Shown here piece by piece: positions 1-8,664 of a stretch of 40,000 bases of DNA (the stretch's first letter is position 1; each line of letters opens with the position of its first letter). The notes beneath the pieces were generated by a model. It ran no database searches. It saw nothing but the letters and a program-made list of their open reading frames with translations, and was not told where the DNA came from. The DNA lies in assembly GCF_001750285.1 (NCBI RefSeq), contig NZ_MAMP01000012.1, forward strand, positions 353,751 through 393,750, read 5' to 3'. A program made the position numbers and the translations under genes. The stretch is from Domibacillus iocasae (GTDB lineage Bacteria; Bacillota; Bacilli; Bacillales; Domibacillaceae).

Positions 1-366
1 CGGAAACTCTTTTTTATACTCTGAAAGAAGTAATTCTGCCAGGGCTTTCCCTGTCTTGCTAGTATGCCAGTAAAAAATGCCGAACCCACGCCGGGATGGA
101 TCTGCATTTGCATTGGCATGATGAGAAATGCCAATAGCAGTTTTATCTTTATCGTACTGAGCATTATATTGACGAGTCCGCTCATTCAGAGAAACGTCTA
201 ATCCCCCGAAAGGCTGCGCTTCATACGTGGAAACTTTACCAGTCAGCAGCCGTTTTACTTCCTGGCCAACTGCTGCATTAAAAGTATGTTCCGGCAGTCC
301 GGGCACTCCCTTGCTTGGTGGGTATGTGTTACGGCCATGTCCAACATCGTTTAGAAGTAATGTCAT
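1..366 (-). CDS. N-acetylmuramoyl-L-alanine amidase endolysin, N-terminal part (C-terminus lies beyond the window start)
   Basis: My own minus-strand translation from ATG 366-364 reads MTLLLNDVGHGRNTYPPSKGVPGLPEHTFNAAVGQEVKRLL...IGISHHANANADPSRRGFGIFYWH. The DxGHG and HHANA motifs fit an Amidase_3-type catalytic domain. The start overlaps the holin stop (TAATG). It is absent from the ORF track because it runs off the edge. Confidence 0.8.
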   Translation of the reverse strand, partial: MTLLLNDVGHGRNTYPPSKGVPGLPEHTFNAAVGQEVKRLLTGKVSTYEAQPFGGLDVSLNERTRQYNAQYDKDKTAIGISHHANANADPSRRGFGIFYWHTSKTGKALAELLLSEYKKEFP

Positions 367-848
367 TACTCTTCACGCTCCTTTTCAATTTCCTTCGGTT
401 CAATAACGGTTTTAGTTGTCACTTCCACAACCGGGCCGACTTTTGTTTCATTGTCTTCTTTCAACTGGGCAAATACGCTGCTGATCTGCTTTGGTACTTT
501 TACACCAAGGTGGCCAAGATTTTCGATAAAGCTGATCCCTTCCATACCAATCAAAAACATAATCATCGTATTCCTCATAAATTGACCGCCTGTACCGGAA
601 ATCGTATCAAGCTGCACAGCGATGATCACGGCAAAAATCATAGCGGTTTTCTTCATAATTCCTTTAAAACCGACTGCTGAATTGAAGTTTTTCGTTTGGA
701 TGGCAACCATCCATCCAGTTGCATAGTCTGTCATCATGAAGATGCCTAAAGCCGTAATCAAGTGGTCGATCCCCCCAACTAAATAAGCGAGAGCTGATAA
801 GCCCCCGCCAACGATTGTGTTATATAAAGTGTCTGTGTTATGCTGCAT
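366..848 (-). CDS. Phage holin (holin_tox_secr / Phage_holin_4_1 type)
   Basis: From the internal ATG at 848 the protein reads MQHNTDTLYNTIVGGGLSALAYLVGGIDHLITALGIFMMTDYATGWMVAIQTKNFNSAVGFKGIMKKTAMIF..., the typical 3-TM holin family pattern. An AAGAGG RBS precedes ATG 848. The track start at 917 adds 23 aa with no RBS. The gene lies directly upstream of the amidase. Confidence 0.85.
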   Translation of the reverse strand: MQHNTDTLYNTIVGGGLSALAYLVGGIDHLITALGIFMMTDYATGWMVAIQTKNFNSAVGFKGIMKKTAMIFAVIIAVQLDTISGTGGQFMRNTMIMFLIGMEGISFIENLGHLGVKVPKQISSVFAQLKEDNETKVGPVVEVTTKTVIEPKEIEKEREE

Positions 849-917
849 GCCGCACCTCTTTCTGATTTTAGATACTAAAAAGAGACTTGCGAATGCGAGG
901 CCACTGAAAAAGTCCAT

Positions 918-969
918 TTAAAAACAAAAAGAAGAGAACGACCTACTACATATAGGTTGTTATCTTCTT
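918..969 (-). terminator. Intrinsic terminator downstream of the methyltransferase-like cargo gene
   Basis: Long imperfect hairpin AAGAAGAGAACGACCTA/TAGGTTGTTATCTTCTT (929-969), followed on the minus strand by TTTTGTTTTT (918-928). Confidence 0.5.
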
Positions 970-1154
970 TTATTATCTGTATATTGATGAAAATCTTTGA
1001 TGATTTCAAAAAGCATTAGTTTTTCAGTGCCCTCGCGAACGCAAGCCTCTTTTTCTGCACATAATCTTTTAAAAATAAATGTTATACTGAATAAATCACC
1101 CTGACCTGAGATAATCACAAGTACTAATCAACCATTTGAATTTTAAAATACTTA

Positions 1155-2039
1155 TTAATTTTTTTTAATTTCGCCACAAATTCCAAATGTCAGATATTCT
1201 TTATTTTCGCTAAAATCCCACTTCCAATATCTCGTTAAGAGACTAGACACTTCAATTTTGGTGACAATATCCTGTATGCCTATCAATGCCGCTTGATAGC
1301 CACTTGACGAAACTAAAGCTAATGCTTCCTTTAAACCTTTGTTGATTATAGGAATATATCCAGGTCGAATTGGTAAGGCATCAGACCATGAAATAAGAAA
1401 TCCATTTTCACCACACATATCAAATAGTGAATCATTATAAGCAACTATTATTTTGTTCCTTAAAAAGATAATCCCATCAAGAATTTTATTGTACTCCTTC
1501 TTATCATATTTATTTTGATATTCAGAGAGTATGGTGAAGGCCCAATTATAAAAAAGTTGAGTGTAAATAGCAGAGGATGCAATAATATCAAAGTCTTTAT
1601 TAAGATCGTTCAAGCTTCTTCTGGAGATTCTCTCTAAACTATTAGAAATTTCAATTAAATACTTTACAATTTTCTTTGCTTTCCCTTTTTTTTCAAGTAA
1701 AGATGCAAAATTGTTATAAAAATTAATTTCATTTAAACCTGTGACATCTAATTCAACAAGTTCTATTTTAATTCGGACACTTTCAGGAAGATCTTTAATA
1801 CCATTTTTCATACTTTCTAAGTCAACATCAATTAAATATATCGAGTTAGCTTTGGATGATAGGTACTCAATATCCAGATCATCACAATTACCGGCTCCAA
1901 ACACACCTATTTTATTAACATACTCTCTTTTTGAAAAAACTTCATCAAATAACCCTGTTACTTGCTCCCTGTGATCTTTCCATTTAGTTTTTCTTAAATC
2001 ATCTCTTGATTGATTCATTATTTTTTGAAATCTTTGCAA
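1155..2039 (-). CDS. Class I SAM-dependent methyltransferase-fold protein (cargo gene, function unknown)
   Basis: 294-aa ORF with a TTG start 5 nt after AAGGAGAGG. IGVFGAGNCDDLD resembles motif I (GxGxG), SIYLIDVD the acidic beta-2 end, and DFDIIASSAIYTQL motif III/IV. It is visibly AT-rich relative to its neighbours. It occupies the xepA/xhlA position of PBSX but shows no similarity to XepA as I recall it. Confidence 0.55.
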   Translation of the reverse strand: MQRFQKIMNQSRDDLRKTKWKDHREQVTGLFDEVFSKREYVNKIGVFGAGNCDDLDIEYLSSKANSIYLIDVDLESMKNGIKDLPESVRIKIELVELDVTGLNEINFYNNFASLLEKKGKAKKIVKYLIEISNSLERISRRSLNDLNKDFDIIASSAIYTQLFYNWAFTILSEYQNKYDKKEYNKILDGIIFLRNKIIVAYNDSLFDMCGENGFLISWSDALPIRPGYIPIINKGLKEALALVSSSGYQAALIGIQDIVTKIEVSSLLTRYWKWDFSENKEYLTFGICGEIKKN

Positions 2040-2101
2040 ATATACCTCTCCTTATAACTTAATTTTCCAATATAACACTACCAAAGTATTGATTAATTGT
2101 A

Positions 2102-2130
2102 TATATATCTTTGTGAATTAAGAAATTCAA
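2102..2130 (-). promoter_or_regulatory. Candidate sigmaA-type promoter for the methyltransferase-like gene
   Basis: On the minus strand: TTGAAT (2130-2125), 17-nt spacer, TATATA (2107-2102), about 60 nt upstream of the start. Confidence 0.3.
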
Positions 2131-2271
2131 TATTATTGTTTTGATTATTAATACTTGTCTGTATAATGCACCATCTTTCACACGCCTTTCAACTTTTTGT
2201 ATTTAAAAGTGCCGCCCGGAGGCGACATGGTTTTTGTACATAAAAAATACACCTATCATTTGATGGTGTTA

Positions 2272-2430
2272 TTACGCAGCTTCTTTTGCTTCAAGAAGGG
2301 AGACTAGCTCATTGTATTGTTCCTGTGTAATGCGGTTATTAAGCAGGAATACATCCAGCTTGATGGTCATTTCCTCTTTTGTACCGTACGTCCCGTTTTC
2401 GATTACCTTTTTGCAGTATGTGTATGTCAT
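2272..2430 (-). CDS. XkdX-like small tail-fibre-associated protein (52 aa)
   Basis: ORF below the track cutoff: MTYTYCKKVIENGTYGTKEEMTIKLDVFLLNNRITQEQYNELVSLLEAKEAA. An AAGGGA RBS is present. Its position after the XkdW-position gene and the ...ITxEqY... motif are reminiscent of the XkdX family. Confidence 0.5.
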   Translation of the reverse strand: MTYTYCKKVIENGTYGTKEEMTIKLDVFLLNNRITQEQYNELVSLLEAKEAA

Positions 2431-2450
2431 GTCTCTTCATCCCTTTCTTT

Positions 2451-2711
2451 TTATAATCCAAGTTCAATCGACGATAAACGAAAATCAAGGTCAATCATAT
2501 ACTGAGCTACCTCTGTATTCGAAGACATCAGTGATTCTATTTCCTGCGAAGGCACAGTAGTATATACAATATCTCTCTGCAATTCGGCATCAGAAAAAAT
2601 AAGGAAATTGCCTTCTGAAATATTTCTCTCTTCTATTAATAGAAGATGACCATTTTGTGCCTTCACCTGTTCACGGTCGTTAATACTTTTATACTCGATG
2701 GTATATAACAT
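2451..2711 (-). CDS. Hypothetical protein at the XkdW position (86 aa)
   Basis: Track ORF 2451-2738. I prefer ATG 2711 (MLYTIEYK...), which is preceded by AAGGGAG and does not overlap the fibre gene stop at 2725. Confidence 0.55.
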   Translation of the reverse strand: MLYTIEYKSINDREQVKAQNGHLLLIEERNISEGNFLIFSDAELQRDIVYTTVPSQEIESLMSSNTEVAQYMIDLDFRLSSIELGL

Positions 2712-2724
2712 GTAATCACTCCCT

Positions 2725-4179
2725 TTATATAACCACATTGGACACTAATGCGCCGCTTGCTGATATTCTAAAATTGTTACAGTGGCAATAACTACCGAAT
2801 TCACTCCACATTCTAAGTTCTATGGATGAATTTGCTGGCACGTCAATATCCTCTGTGTATACAATTGCTGTTGTACTATTAGGTACTCGCAATGTCCCTT
2901 TAGCAACCCCATTTATGAATATCTGATGTTTGGCAGACGAGTCACCTCCCCAAGCACCAAATGAAACACGGTATATACCCGGCACGACAACATTAATCTG
3001 TTTTGCGATCGTTGGTGAAGTATTAGTACCACTCATGTTCTTTTGCTGGTCGTTGGCTTGAAGTACAACAGTACCGGGCTGTATTTTAAATAATGTTAAT
3101 GTTCCATCTATACCAAAAATATTCTTTCCCGACAAGATATTGGCGGCGATTAAATCGGCATCTCCTGCTACAATACCAGACCCATTATGGAAACCTGCCG
3201 GTATAGCTTGATTGGCGGCACTTGGGGTAATATTAATGGCTCCCCTATTTGCCATTGTTCCAGATACCAATCCTGCATCTGTACCAATTGTCTTGCCCGA
3301 TAATACATCAGCGGCTACTGCTGTTCCATACTCACCCCCTTCACCCTGTAATATAAAAGCCCCTGCACCAGCGTTTACTGCTGAATTATAACGAACAGTG
3401 TATATACCGTTAGCTTTTAAATTTGTAACGTCATTTCCATTTGCCTTTTTAATAGCTTTCGCACCTAACCCATTTACATTAAGCGTTGCTGCACCTGTCG
3501 AGTCGGCATTGACTGTGATTACAATACCCATTCTGTTTGTATAAGCAGTAGGCGCTGGATCAAGTGTTATGGCGTATTCATTGCCGGTATTGATTGTTGT
3601 AGCAGTGCCTGGATGCTTTACATAGTCGGCCAAATGTGTCGTAACTTCCTGGTCAAGATTATCAAGACTTTTCATCATTTTTCGCTTATCAATAAGCTGT
3701 GCTTGCTCGATGGCCGTGTTTCCTGCTGGTACATCAACGACACGCAGCAAGAAAGCTCCTGCCGGCAATACAGGCTCAACAGGAGAAGCAGCTGGTACAC
3801 CTGCTGCATGCTGAATAGTTCCGGCTGCCGCAACAAAAACAATGTCTTTTCTAGGATTCGTGGCGTCTGCCGCTGATACAGTGATGGTTTTGACAGCGGT
3901 ATAATCAAAACGTTTTCCGTCCGGCATGTAAATAACCCCCGGCTGAACATGAATGTTCATATCCGGTGTAACAGAAGCAAGCACATTTAAACCGGTTTGG
4001 ACGCCGAATCCAATATTTTCAATTTGCCTTATTTCTTCCTCTGCTTTCAAGACCACTTTTTCATCTATTTTTTCCCAGTTGTCATTCACCATGGTTTTTA
4101 GATCAAACGTCTGGTTTCCATCTGCGACAGGATCTTTTTTCAACAGACCGAGCCGCGGTGTATTGCTTGTCAAATTCAC
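2725..4179 (-). CDS. Tail fibre protein (XkdV-like)
   Basis: The N-terminus TPRLGLLKKDPVADGNQTFDLKTMVNDNWEKIDEKV is the conserved fibre/baseplate-attachment motif. The rest is Gly/Ala/Thr-rich with repeated (D/N)xLSGK..G.DG..GT motifs. The gene is downstream of the baseplate genes. Confidence 0.8.
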   Translation of the reverse strand: MNLTSNTPRLGLLKKDPVADGNQTFDLKTMVNDNWEKIDEKVVLKAEEEIRQIENIGFGVQTGLNVLASVTPDMNIHVQPGVIYMPDGKRFDYTAVKTITVSAADATNPRKDIVFVAAAGTIQHAAGVPAASPVEPVLPAGAFLLRVVDVPAGNTAIEQAQLIDKRKMMKSLDNLDQEVTTHLADYVKHPGTATTINTGNEYAITLDPAPTAYTNRMGIVITVNADSTGAATLNVNGLGAKAIKKANGNDVTNLKANGIYTVRYNSAVNAGAGAFILQGEGGEYGTAVAADVLSGKTIGTDAGLVSGTMANRGAINITPSAANQAIPAGFHNGSGIVAGDADLIAANILSGKNIFGIDGTLTLFKIQPGTVVLQANDQQKNMSGTNTSPTIAKQINVVVPGIYRVSFGAWGGDSSAKHQIFINGVAKGTLRVPNSTTAIVYTEDIDVPANSSIELRMWSEFGSYCHCNNFRISASGALVSNVVI

Positions 4180-4700
4180 GCACCTCCTGCGAATTTATTT
4201 AATGGTGTCGATTCAAGTTGGGCAATCGTCATCGCATTTACATCACGAATCAATAAATACCTGAATTGAAATTCTACAATCCGATGTCCGGGCAAAATTT
4301 TACGCAAAGCTATTTTCATATCTTCCAAGTTTTCAGGTACACCAAATACATCATTGAAGGTAATAAGAAACTTGGATTGTCCTTGAATCGGCTGAACCTG
4401 CACCGATCCATGTTGAAAGGATTCAGCAACACTTTTGATGAGCTTTGCGCTTAATGTGCCAGACCCTCTTTTTCTTGCTTTCAGCATGCTTCTCCTGTGG
4501 TCAAGCGGCTTGGATAGATCCACTGGAATACTAAGCTCATTTTCCATAACAGAAAGCCCCCATGTGGCTGTATCGATAAAGGTATTGTCAAGCACATTTT
4601 CAATGGCAAGATCCAATCGGTCCCATATCTTGCCTTCCACACGGCAGGCTTCTTGGAAATCCGGTGAATCCCGATAAACTTTCGGCAGATGATTAAGCAT
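4176..4700 (-). CDS. Baseplate/tail protein, DUF2313 (XkdU / Mu gp48-like)
   Basis: MLNHLPKVYRDSPDFQEACRVEGKIWDRLD... matches the family N-terminus. The track start (TTG 4739) overlaps the upstream gene, so ATG 4700 is preferred. Confidence 0.7.
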   Translation of the reverse strand: MLNHLPKVYRDSPDFQEACRVEGKIWDRLDLAIENVLDNTFIDTATWGLSVMENELSIPVDLSKPLDHRRSMLKARKRGSGTLSAKLIKSVAESFQHGSVQVQPIQGQSKFLITFNDVFGVPENLEDMKIALRKILPGHRIVEFQFRYLLIRDVNAMTIAQLESTPLNKFAGGA

Positions 4701-4710
4701 ATTTTCTTGA

Positions 4711-5757
4711 CTAGACAACGAAATCCACCGTCCCAACAATCGGCGCTTCGACTTCTTGAAGGATTAGATTATCTTCCAGCCCATTGATCATCAAGCCGGC
4801 ATAATCCACTACGCCGTTTATATTGAGCAGTAAAGCACCGAGCTGTCTCAATCGGATAATCGGCTCAACGCCTTCACGGAACGTCAGAGTTTTCATGTAC
4901 TCTTTCAAGGATGCGGCAAAAGTTTCCTTCACCGTTTCCAATGTCGTTGCCGTAGTCAATACAAGTGTGGACGTTACATTTATACTGATCGAAGTTGCGC
5001 TTTCCACGGTGACGAATGAACTAGCCGGCGCTTGCCCTTCACCCATGCCTGCTACTGGATCTATATACTGTTGCGCCTGCTGAACCAACACGGCAGAAGG
5101 TGGCTGATAGTCTTCATCGACAATCACGACTTTCACCGTATCCGCTCCGTTCCAGTTTGCAAATACTTTGACAGCTCCAACGCCGCTGACTTCTAAAGCC
5201 CATTGACGATAATGAGCATTGTTTCCACTGGCAGCCGGATCGGTAATTCGTTCCTCATACCGTAATTTCAAGGCGTCTGGATCTTCTTCATCCTGACCCA
5301 AAACAAGCACTTCGCCCAAAACGGCTGTCTGCAAGCCATCAATCGTTTCAAGTGGCAAAAGGACAGTTCCGGCCGGTAATGTATTGCCGATCACTCCGGC
5401 GGTTTCACATTCCAATAAAACCGGATCGGATTGAATCACGGTAAAATATAATTCTTCTGCAGAAAAGCGGCTGTCTATCGGCGGCGGTACATTGAAGGTA
5501 CCGGATCGCACGGCAGGCGTTGCCGATTCTGCTACTATATCCATTTCAGCTGTTTTCATTTTCAAATAATCGCCTTCACTTGTGGCCACAAAGACCAGTT
5601 CAAGCACCCGATCCAATGAGCGGTACGCATTGGCAGCCATTGCCGCTGTTTTTGCATAAGACGCATATAAGGGGGATGTTTCGCTTATATCAAATTCATC
5701 CCCTGTATCGTTAAGCATTTCTTCAAGCAAGGCTTCATACGTATATTGTTCAAACAT
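4711..5757 (-). CDS. Baseplate J-like protein (XkdT-like)
   Basis: 348 aa. Size, position and N-terminal pattern (MFEQYTYEALLEEMLNDTGDEFDISETSPLY...) are typical of the Baseplate_J family. Confidence 0.8.
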   Translation of the reverse strand: MFEQYTYEALLEEMLNDTGDEFDISETSPLYASYAKTAAMAANAYRSLDRVLELVFVATSEGDYLKMKTAEMDIVAESATPAVRSGTFNVPPPIDSRFSAEELYFTVIQSDPVLLECETAGVIGNTLPAGTVLLPLETIDGLQTAVLGEVLVLGQDEEDPDALKLRYEERITDPAASGNNAHYRQWALEVSGVGAVKVFANWNGADTVKVVIVDEDYQPPSAVLVQQAQQYIDPVAGMGEGQAPASSFVTVESATSISINVTSTLVLTTATTLETVKETFAASLKEYMKTLTFREGVEPIIRLRQLGALLLNINGVVDYAGLMINGLEDNLILQEVEAPIVGTVDFVV

Positions 5758-6191
5758 TATGCTGATAGCACCTCCTCAAAGCCCAGTTCGCCTGCGGCTG
5801 TGTCTACAATAAACGACACATGAAAGGCATCTTCCATGTGCCGGATCTCGAAACTGTGTACCCGATTGATCCGTTCATCATAAATAATGGCTTCTGTCAC
5901 AAGGCGTTCAATCTCCATCATTTTATATTCCGGTGTGGTGTCCGGATCCGAAAGCATTTCGCCTAATTCATTGCCGGTATCGGCTGAATAAATGGAATGG
6001 GCATAACGGGGGATCCGAAGGGCCATCATGACGAATTGACGGACCGCTTCAAGCCCCGAAATTAATTCTGATGTAAGCCGCCCCGTTTCAAAGTTGAATC
6101 GGTATGTTTTTTGCTCCAGTAAAATTCTTTCCAATGATAATTCTTCGTTCGCATCGATTTCTTCAATAATGACTTCCGGTGTCAATGCCAC
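5757..6191 (-). CDS. Baseplate wedge protein, DUF2634 (XkdS-like)
   Basis: 144 aa with a GTG start. The motif YRFNFETGRLTSELISGLEAVRQFVMMALRIPRYAHSIYS and the synteny support the call. Confidence 0.7.
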   Translation of the reverse strand: MALTPEVIIEEIDANEELSLERILLEQKTYRFNFETGRLTSELISGLEAVRQFVMMALRIPRYAHSIYSADTGNELGEMLSDPDTTPEYKMMEIERLVTEAIIYDERINRVHSFEIRHMEDAFHVSFIVDTAAGELGFEEVLSA

Positions 6192-6202
6192 TTAAACCCC
6201 TC

Positions 6203-6532
6203 CTATTCCCATTGATTGACACGATCCAAGATAAAATATTTTGTTGAGTCCAATCCTTGTACGGCTGCAACCATGAGCTCATCGCCTGCCTGCAATTCGT
6301 TATTGAAGGTAATGGTACTGGCTGCCCCATTGATTAAGACTTGTTTGGTGTGTTTGGAAAGCGTTTCTGGAATGATAAAGTTTTCAGCAGGGTAAATCTG
6401 TCTGTCATCGTTCATCAAGCGGATCTTCAAATTCGGCGCCGGTGATTCCACATCGGCAGGGATCAGCCGTACAGGCCTGTTTGCTTCTCCGTTTTCCTGC
6501 GCCGCCAATAAAATTTTATGAAGCATGTTCAA
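6203..6532 (-). CDS. Baseplate spike/plug protein, DUF2577 (XkdR-like)
   Basis: 109 aa. Supported by synteny between the XkdQ-like and XkdS-like genes. Confidence 0.65.
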   Translation of the reverse strand: MNMLHKILLAAQENGEANRPVRLIPADVESPAPNLKIRLMNDDRQIYPAENFIIPETLSKHTKQVLINGAASTITFNNELQAGDELMVAAVQGLDSTKYFILDRVNQWE

Positions 6533-6538
6533 ACCTCC

Positions 6539-7975
6539 TTACAGCACTCTCCGGATGTGGGCGAAATGCTTGCCCCAGTATGAGCTTGTCGCTTTTGTGT
6601 AGCCGTGCTCCTTGCAGCCACTACCTCCAAGGCTGATACAGTAGCCGGTTCGTGTGACAATGCCAACATGACTGATGGCATCCGGTCCTCTTTCTGGAAT
6701 GGTGCCTTTGAAAAAGACCAAATCGCCTGCCTGTGCATCGGCTGTCGCCACCTTGCGCCCTTTTTTCACTTGAACAGCAGTTGTCCTGCCGATGCTTACA
6801 CTGGACTTGCCATAAACAAACTGCGTAAAAGCGGAACAGTCACCTTTTCCTCCTGGGATATTATTCACGCCATATCCATACGTCAAATCACCGATATAGG
6901 ATTTCGCTGTTTTTACGACTTCTGCTGCTTTTCCGGTTGCGGCTGCCTCTCCCGAAGAAGATCCTGTCCCCGTGGAAGTAGCTGCTGTTGGCTCTTCTAC
7001 CTCTGGATATTCATTTTTCAGCACCAATTTCAGGCTCATTGTGTGCTTGTTTCCGGAAAACGTGTGCGTGTCGGTATCCACAAAATACGGGCCATTCACA
7101 TTAATGTCAGGGATTCTGACCCGAATGCCCACATTGCTTGTGACGGTTTCGATTCCGATGCATTCTACATCAAGAGTTTTCTTGACGCCTTTCTTTTCTG
7201 CCAGCACCTTTTTTGCCCGTGCCGTCAGCTGTGCTTTATTCAGGTTTTCAGTGACTTTTTCATAATATTGCAAGGTCCCGTATCGTGTTTTTCCGGCGCT
7301 GTCCACCACTGTTACTGTGACAGGCTTTGCCCCTTCACCCGATACCATTTTTACTTTTGTCGCTGTTTCCTGAATGGATGTGATGTAGTTGAAATCCGTC
7401 ATGTTATTGCCTAATTCCAGCACCCACTGAAGATCATCCGTCTTTATTTCACTTAAATACATCTTTCCCTGTCGAGAATAGACCCCGTATCGCTTTTTCG
7501 TGGCTTTATGGGTTTGTACCATTCCCCGAAGCAAAATGTCATACAGGGCTGTTTCTGTGTCCACAAGAAGCGTTTTGATTTTATGAGCTGTGTTAGGGAA
7601 AGGGACATGCGGAATCCCGAAATCTTTACAGATCCTTGTGGCGACTTGATCCAAGCGCTTGCCGGCAAAAGATGCTCCATACACTTCTTTATTCAGCAGC
7701 AGGTACTGAAGCAAATCAAAGGCTGTAATGGTCATTAGGCCGCTTTTGTTCTGCCCTCTATCCATGACAATGCCCCGAAACAATTCAGCACCCCGCCATT
7801 TGAATAAAACGGTATCGCCTTCCGTGACTTGCGGTGGATCATGATAGCCGGACTTGTCCTTAAAAATCGTAGCTTCAATTTTTCTGGCAGCCTGGAACCG
7901 CTGGCCGCTCCATGTGATGGTTTGTGCAGGAATCTCCAACATGTAGCCTGATTTCATCAAAAATAATTCCATCAT
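6539..7975 (-). CDS. XkdQ/YqbQ-like tail protein fused to a C-terminal NlpC/P60 endopeptidase domain
   Basis: The N-terminus MMELFLMKSGYMLEIPAQTITWSGQR is XkdQ-like. The C-terminus GGKGDCSAFTQFVYGKS...AGDLVFFKG...ISHVGIV is the Cys-His NlpC/P60 signature. ATG 7975 overlaps the upstream stop (ATGA). Confidence 0.8.
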   Translation of the reverse strand: MMELFLMKSGYMLEIPAQTITWSGQRFQAARKIEATIFKDKSGYHDPPQVTEGDTVLFKWRGAELFRGIVMDRGQNKSGLMTITAFDLLQYLLLNKEVYGASFAGKRLDQVATRICKDFGIPHVPFPNTAHKIKTLLVDTETALYDILLRGMVQTHKATKKRYGVYSRQGKMYLSEIKTDDLQWVLELGNNMTDFNYITSIQETATKVKMVSGEGAKPVTVTVVDSAGKTRYGTLQYYEKVTENLNKAQLTARAKKVLAEKKGVKKTLDVECIGIETVTSNVGIRVRIPDINVNGPYFVDTDTHTFSGNKHTMSLKLVLKNEYPEVEEPTAATSTGTGSSSGEAAATGKAAEVVKTAKSYIGDLTYGYGVNNIPGGKGDCSAFTQFVYGKSSVSIGRTTAVQVKKGRKVATADAQAGDLVFFKGTIPERGPDAISHVGIVTRTGYCISLGGSGCKEHGYTKATSSYWGKHFAHIRRVL

Positions 7976-8664
7976 GGGATTGTCAGCACCTGGCCAGGAT
8001 AGATCCATTTGCCTGGCTGCCGAATGTTCCGCTTATCGCGTTTGATGAGCATATCTTTGTTGGCATTCCAGATTTTTTTCCACTGTAAGCTGTCCTTGTA
8101 GATGTCTTTAGCAATGTTCCACAGTTCATCACCTTTTTTGACTTTGTACGTTTTCGGCTTTGTGGCTGCCTTTGGATCGGGCCGGTTCGAACTTGTCGTT
8201 GTTGGCTTTGCCGGTTTCTTTGTATCAATCTTTTTGTTTTTCACAAAAATATACGTATGCAGCGTGAGCGAATAATTCAGATCACCGATTGCGCCGCCGA
8301 CTTCATCATGAGGAAACTCCTCAATGGACACAGGGGAATTAATATTCGTGCCTGTCACAATAAAGCGGCACGGAAGCCCGCTGTCCCGCCATCGTTCAAT
8401 GATAGCGATATATTCCCGCGGCTTTAACACCTGTGAAGTTGGCATTTCAACCAAAGGCGTCGTGTAATGACGCGGAAAAAAAGACGAAAACGAAAACGTC
8501 TTCGCCCCTGTTTTCTGCAAAACGGTCGCTTCACCCAGATTAGGCAGATAAATTTTTTCATTATTGCTGGGACTGCTGAAATCAATAGATGAAGGCAGGA
8601 TAGGCAGGCGTATTTTTTCTTTGCCCTGTGACAACCAAAACTGATAAATGCTTTTTTTAGCCAT
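7972..8664 (-). CDS. LysM-domain tail protein (XkdP-like)
   Basis: The C-terminal sequence YKVKKGDELWNIAKDIYKDSLQWKKIWNANKDMLIKRDKRNIRQPGKWIYPGQVLTIP is a LysM motif. The gene lies directly after the tape measure gene. Confidence 0.8.
   Translation of the reverse strand: MAKKSIYQFWLSQGKEKIRLPILPSSIDFSSPSNNEKIYLPNLGEATVLQKTGAKTFSFSSFFPRHYTTPLVEMPTSQVLKPREYIAIIERWRDSGLPCRFIVTGTNINSPVSIEEFPHDEVGGAIGDLNYSLTLHTYIFVKNKKIDTKKPAKPTTTSSNRPDPKAATKPKTYKVKKGDELWNIAKDIYKDSLQWKKIWNANKDMLIKRDKRNIRQPGKWIYPGQVLTIP

Noticed and set aside
315-680. 121-aa plus-strand ORF spanning the holin/amidase junction.
   Set aside because: It is antisense to two well-supported lysis genes and has no RBS or recognisable motif.
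1155-2039. Considered whether the 294-aa protein is the XepA-type lytic protein found at this position in PBSX.
   Set aside because: It shows no resemblance to the XepA sequence as I recall it. It has Rossmann/SAM-binding-like motifs instead, and its base composition and private promoter and terminator indicate foreign cargo.
2725-4179. Looked for a diversity-generating retroelement or invertible segment targeting the tail-fibre C-terminus.
   Set aside because: I could see no reverse transcriptase, no template repeat and no inverted-repeat-flanked segment or invertase anywhere in the window.
6605-7414. Long plus-strand ORF (269 aa). Similar plus-strand ORFs lie at 8648-9124, 10449-10967, 10998-11474, 15157-15546, 17539-17949, 19779-20165, 23560-24219 and 36235-36504.
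   Set aside because: All lie antisense inside minus-strand genes that carry recognisable phage domains. Their translations are low-complexity (Cys/Phe/Ser/Pro-rich) with no motifs or RBS. They are typical shadow ORFs.
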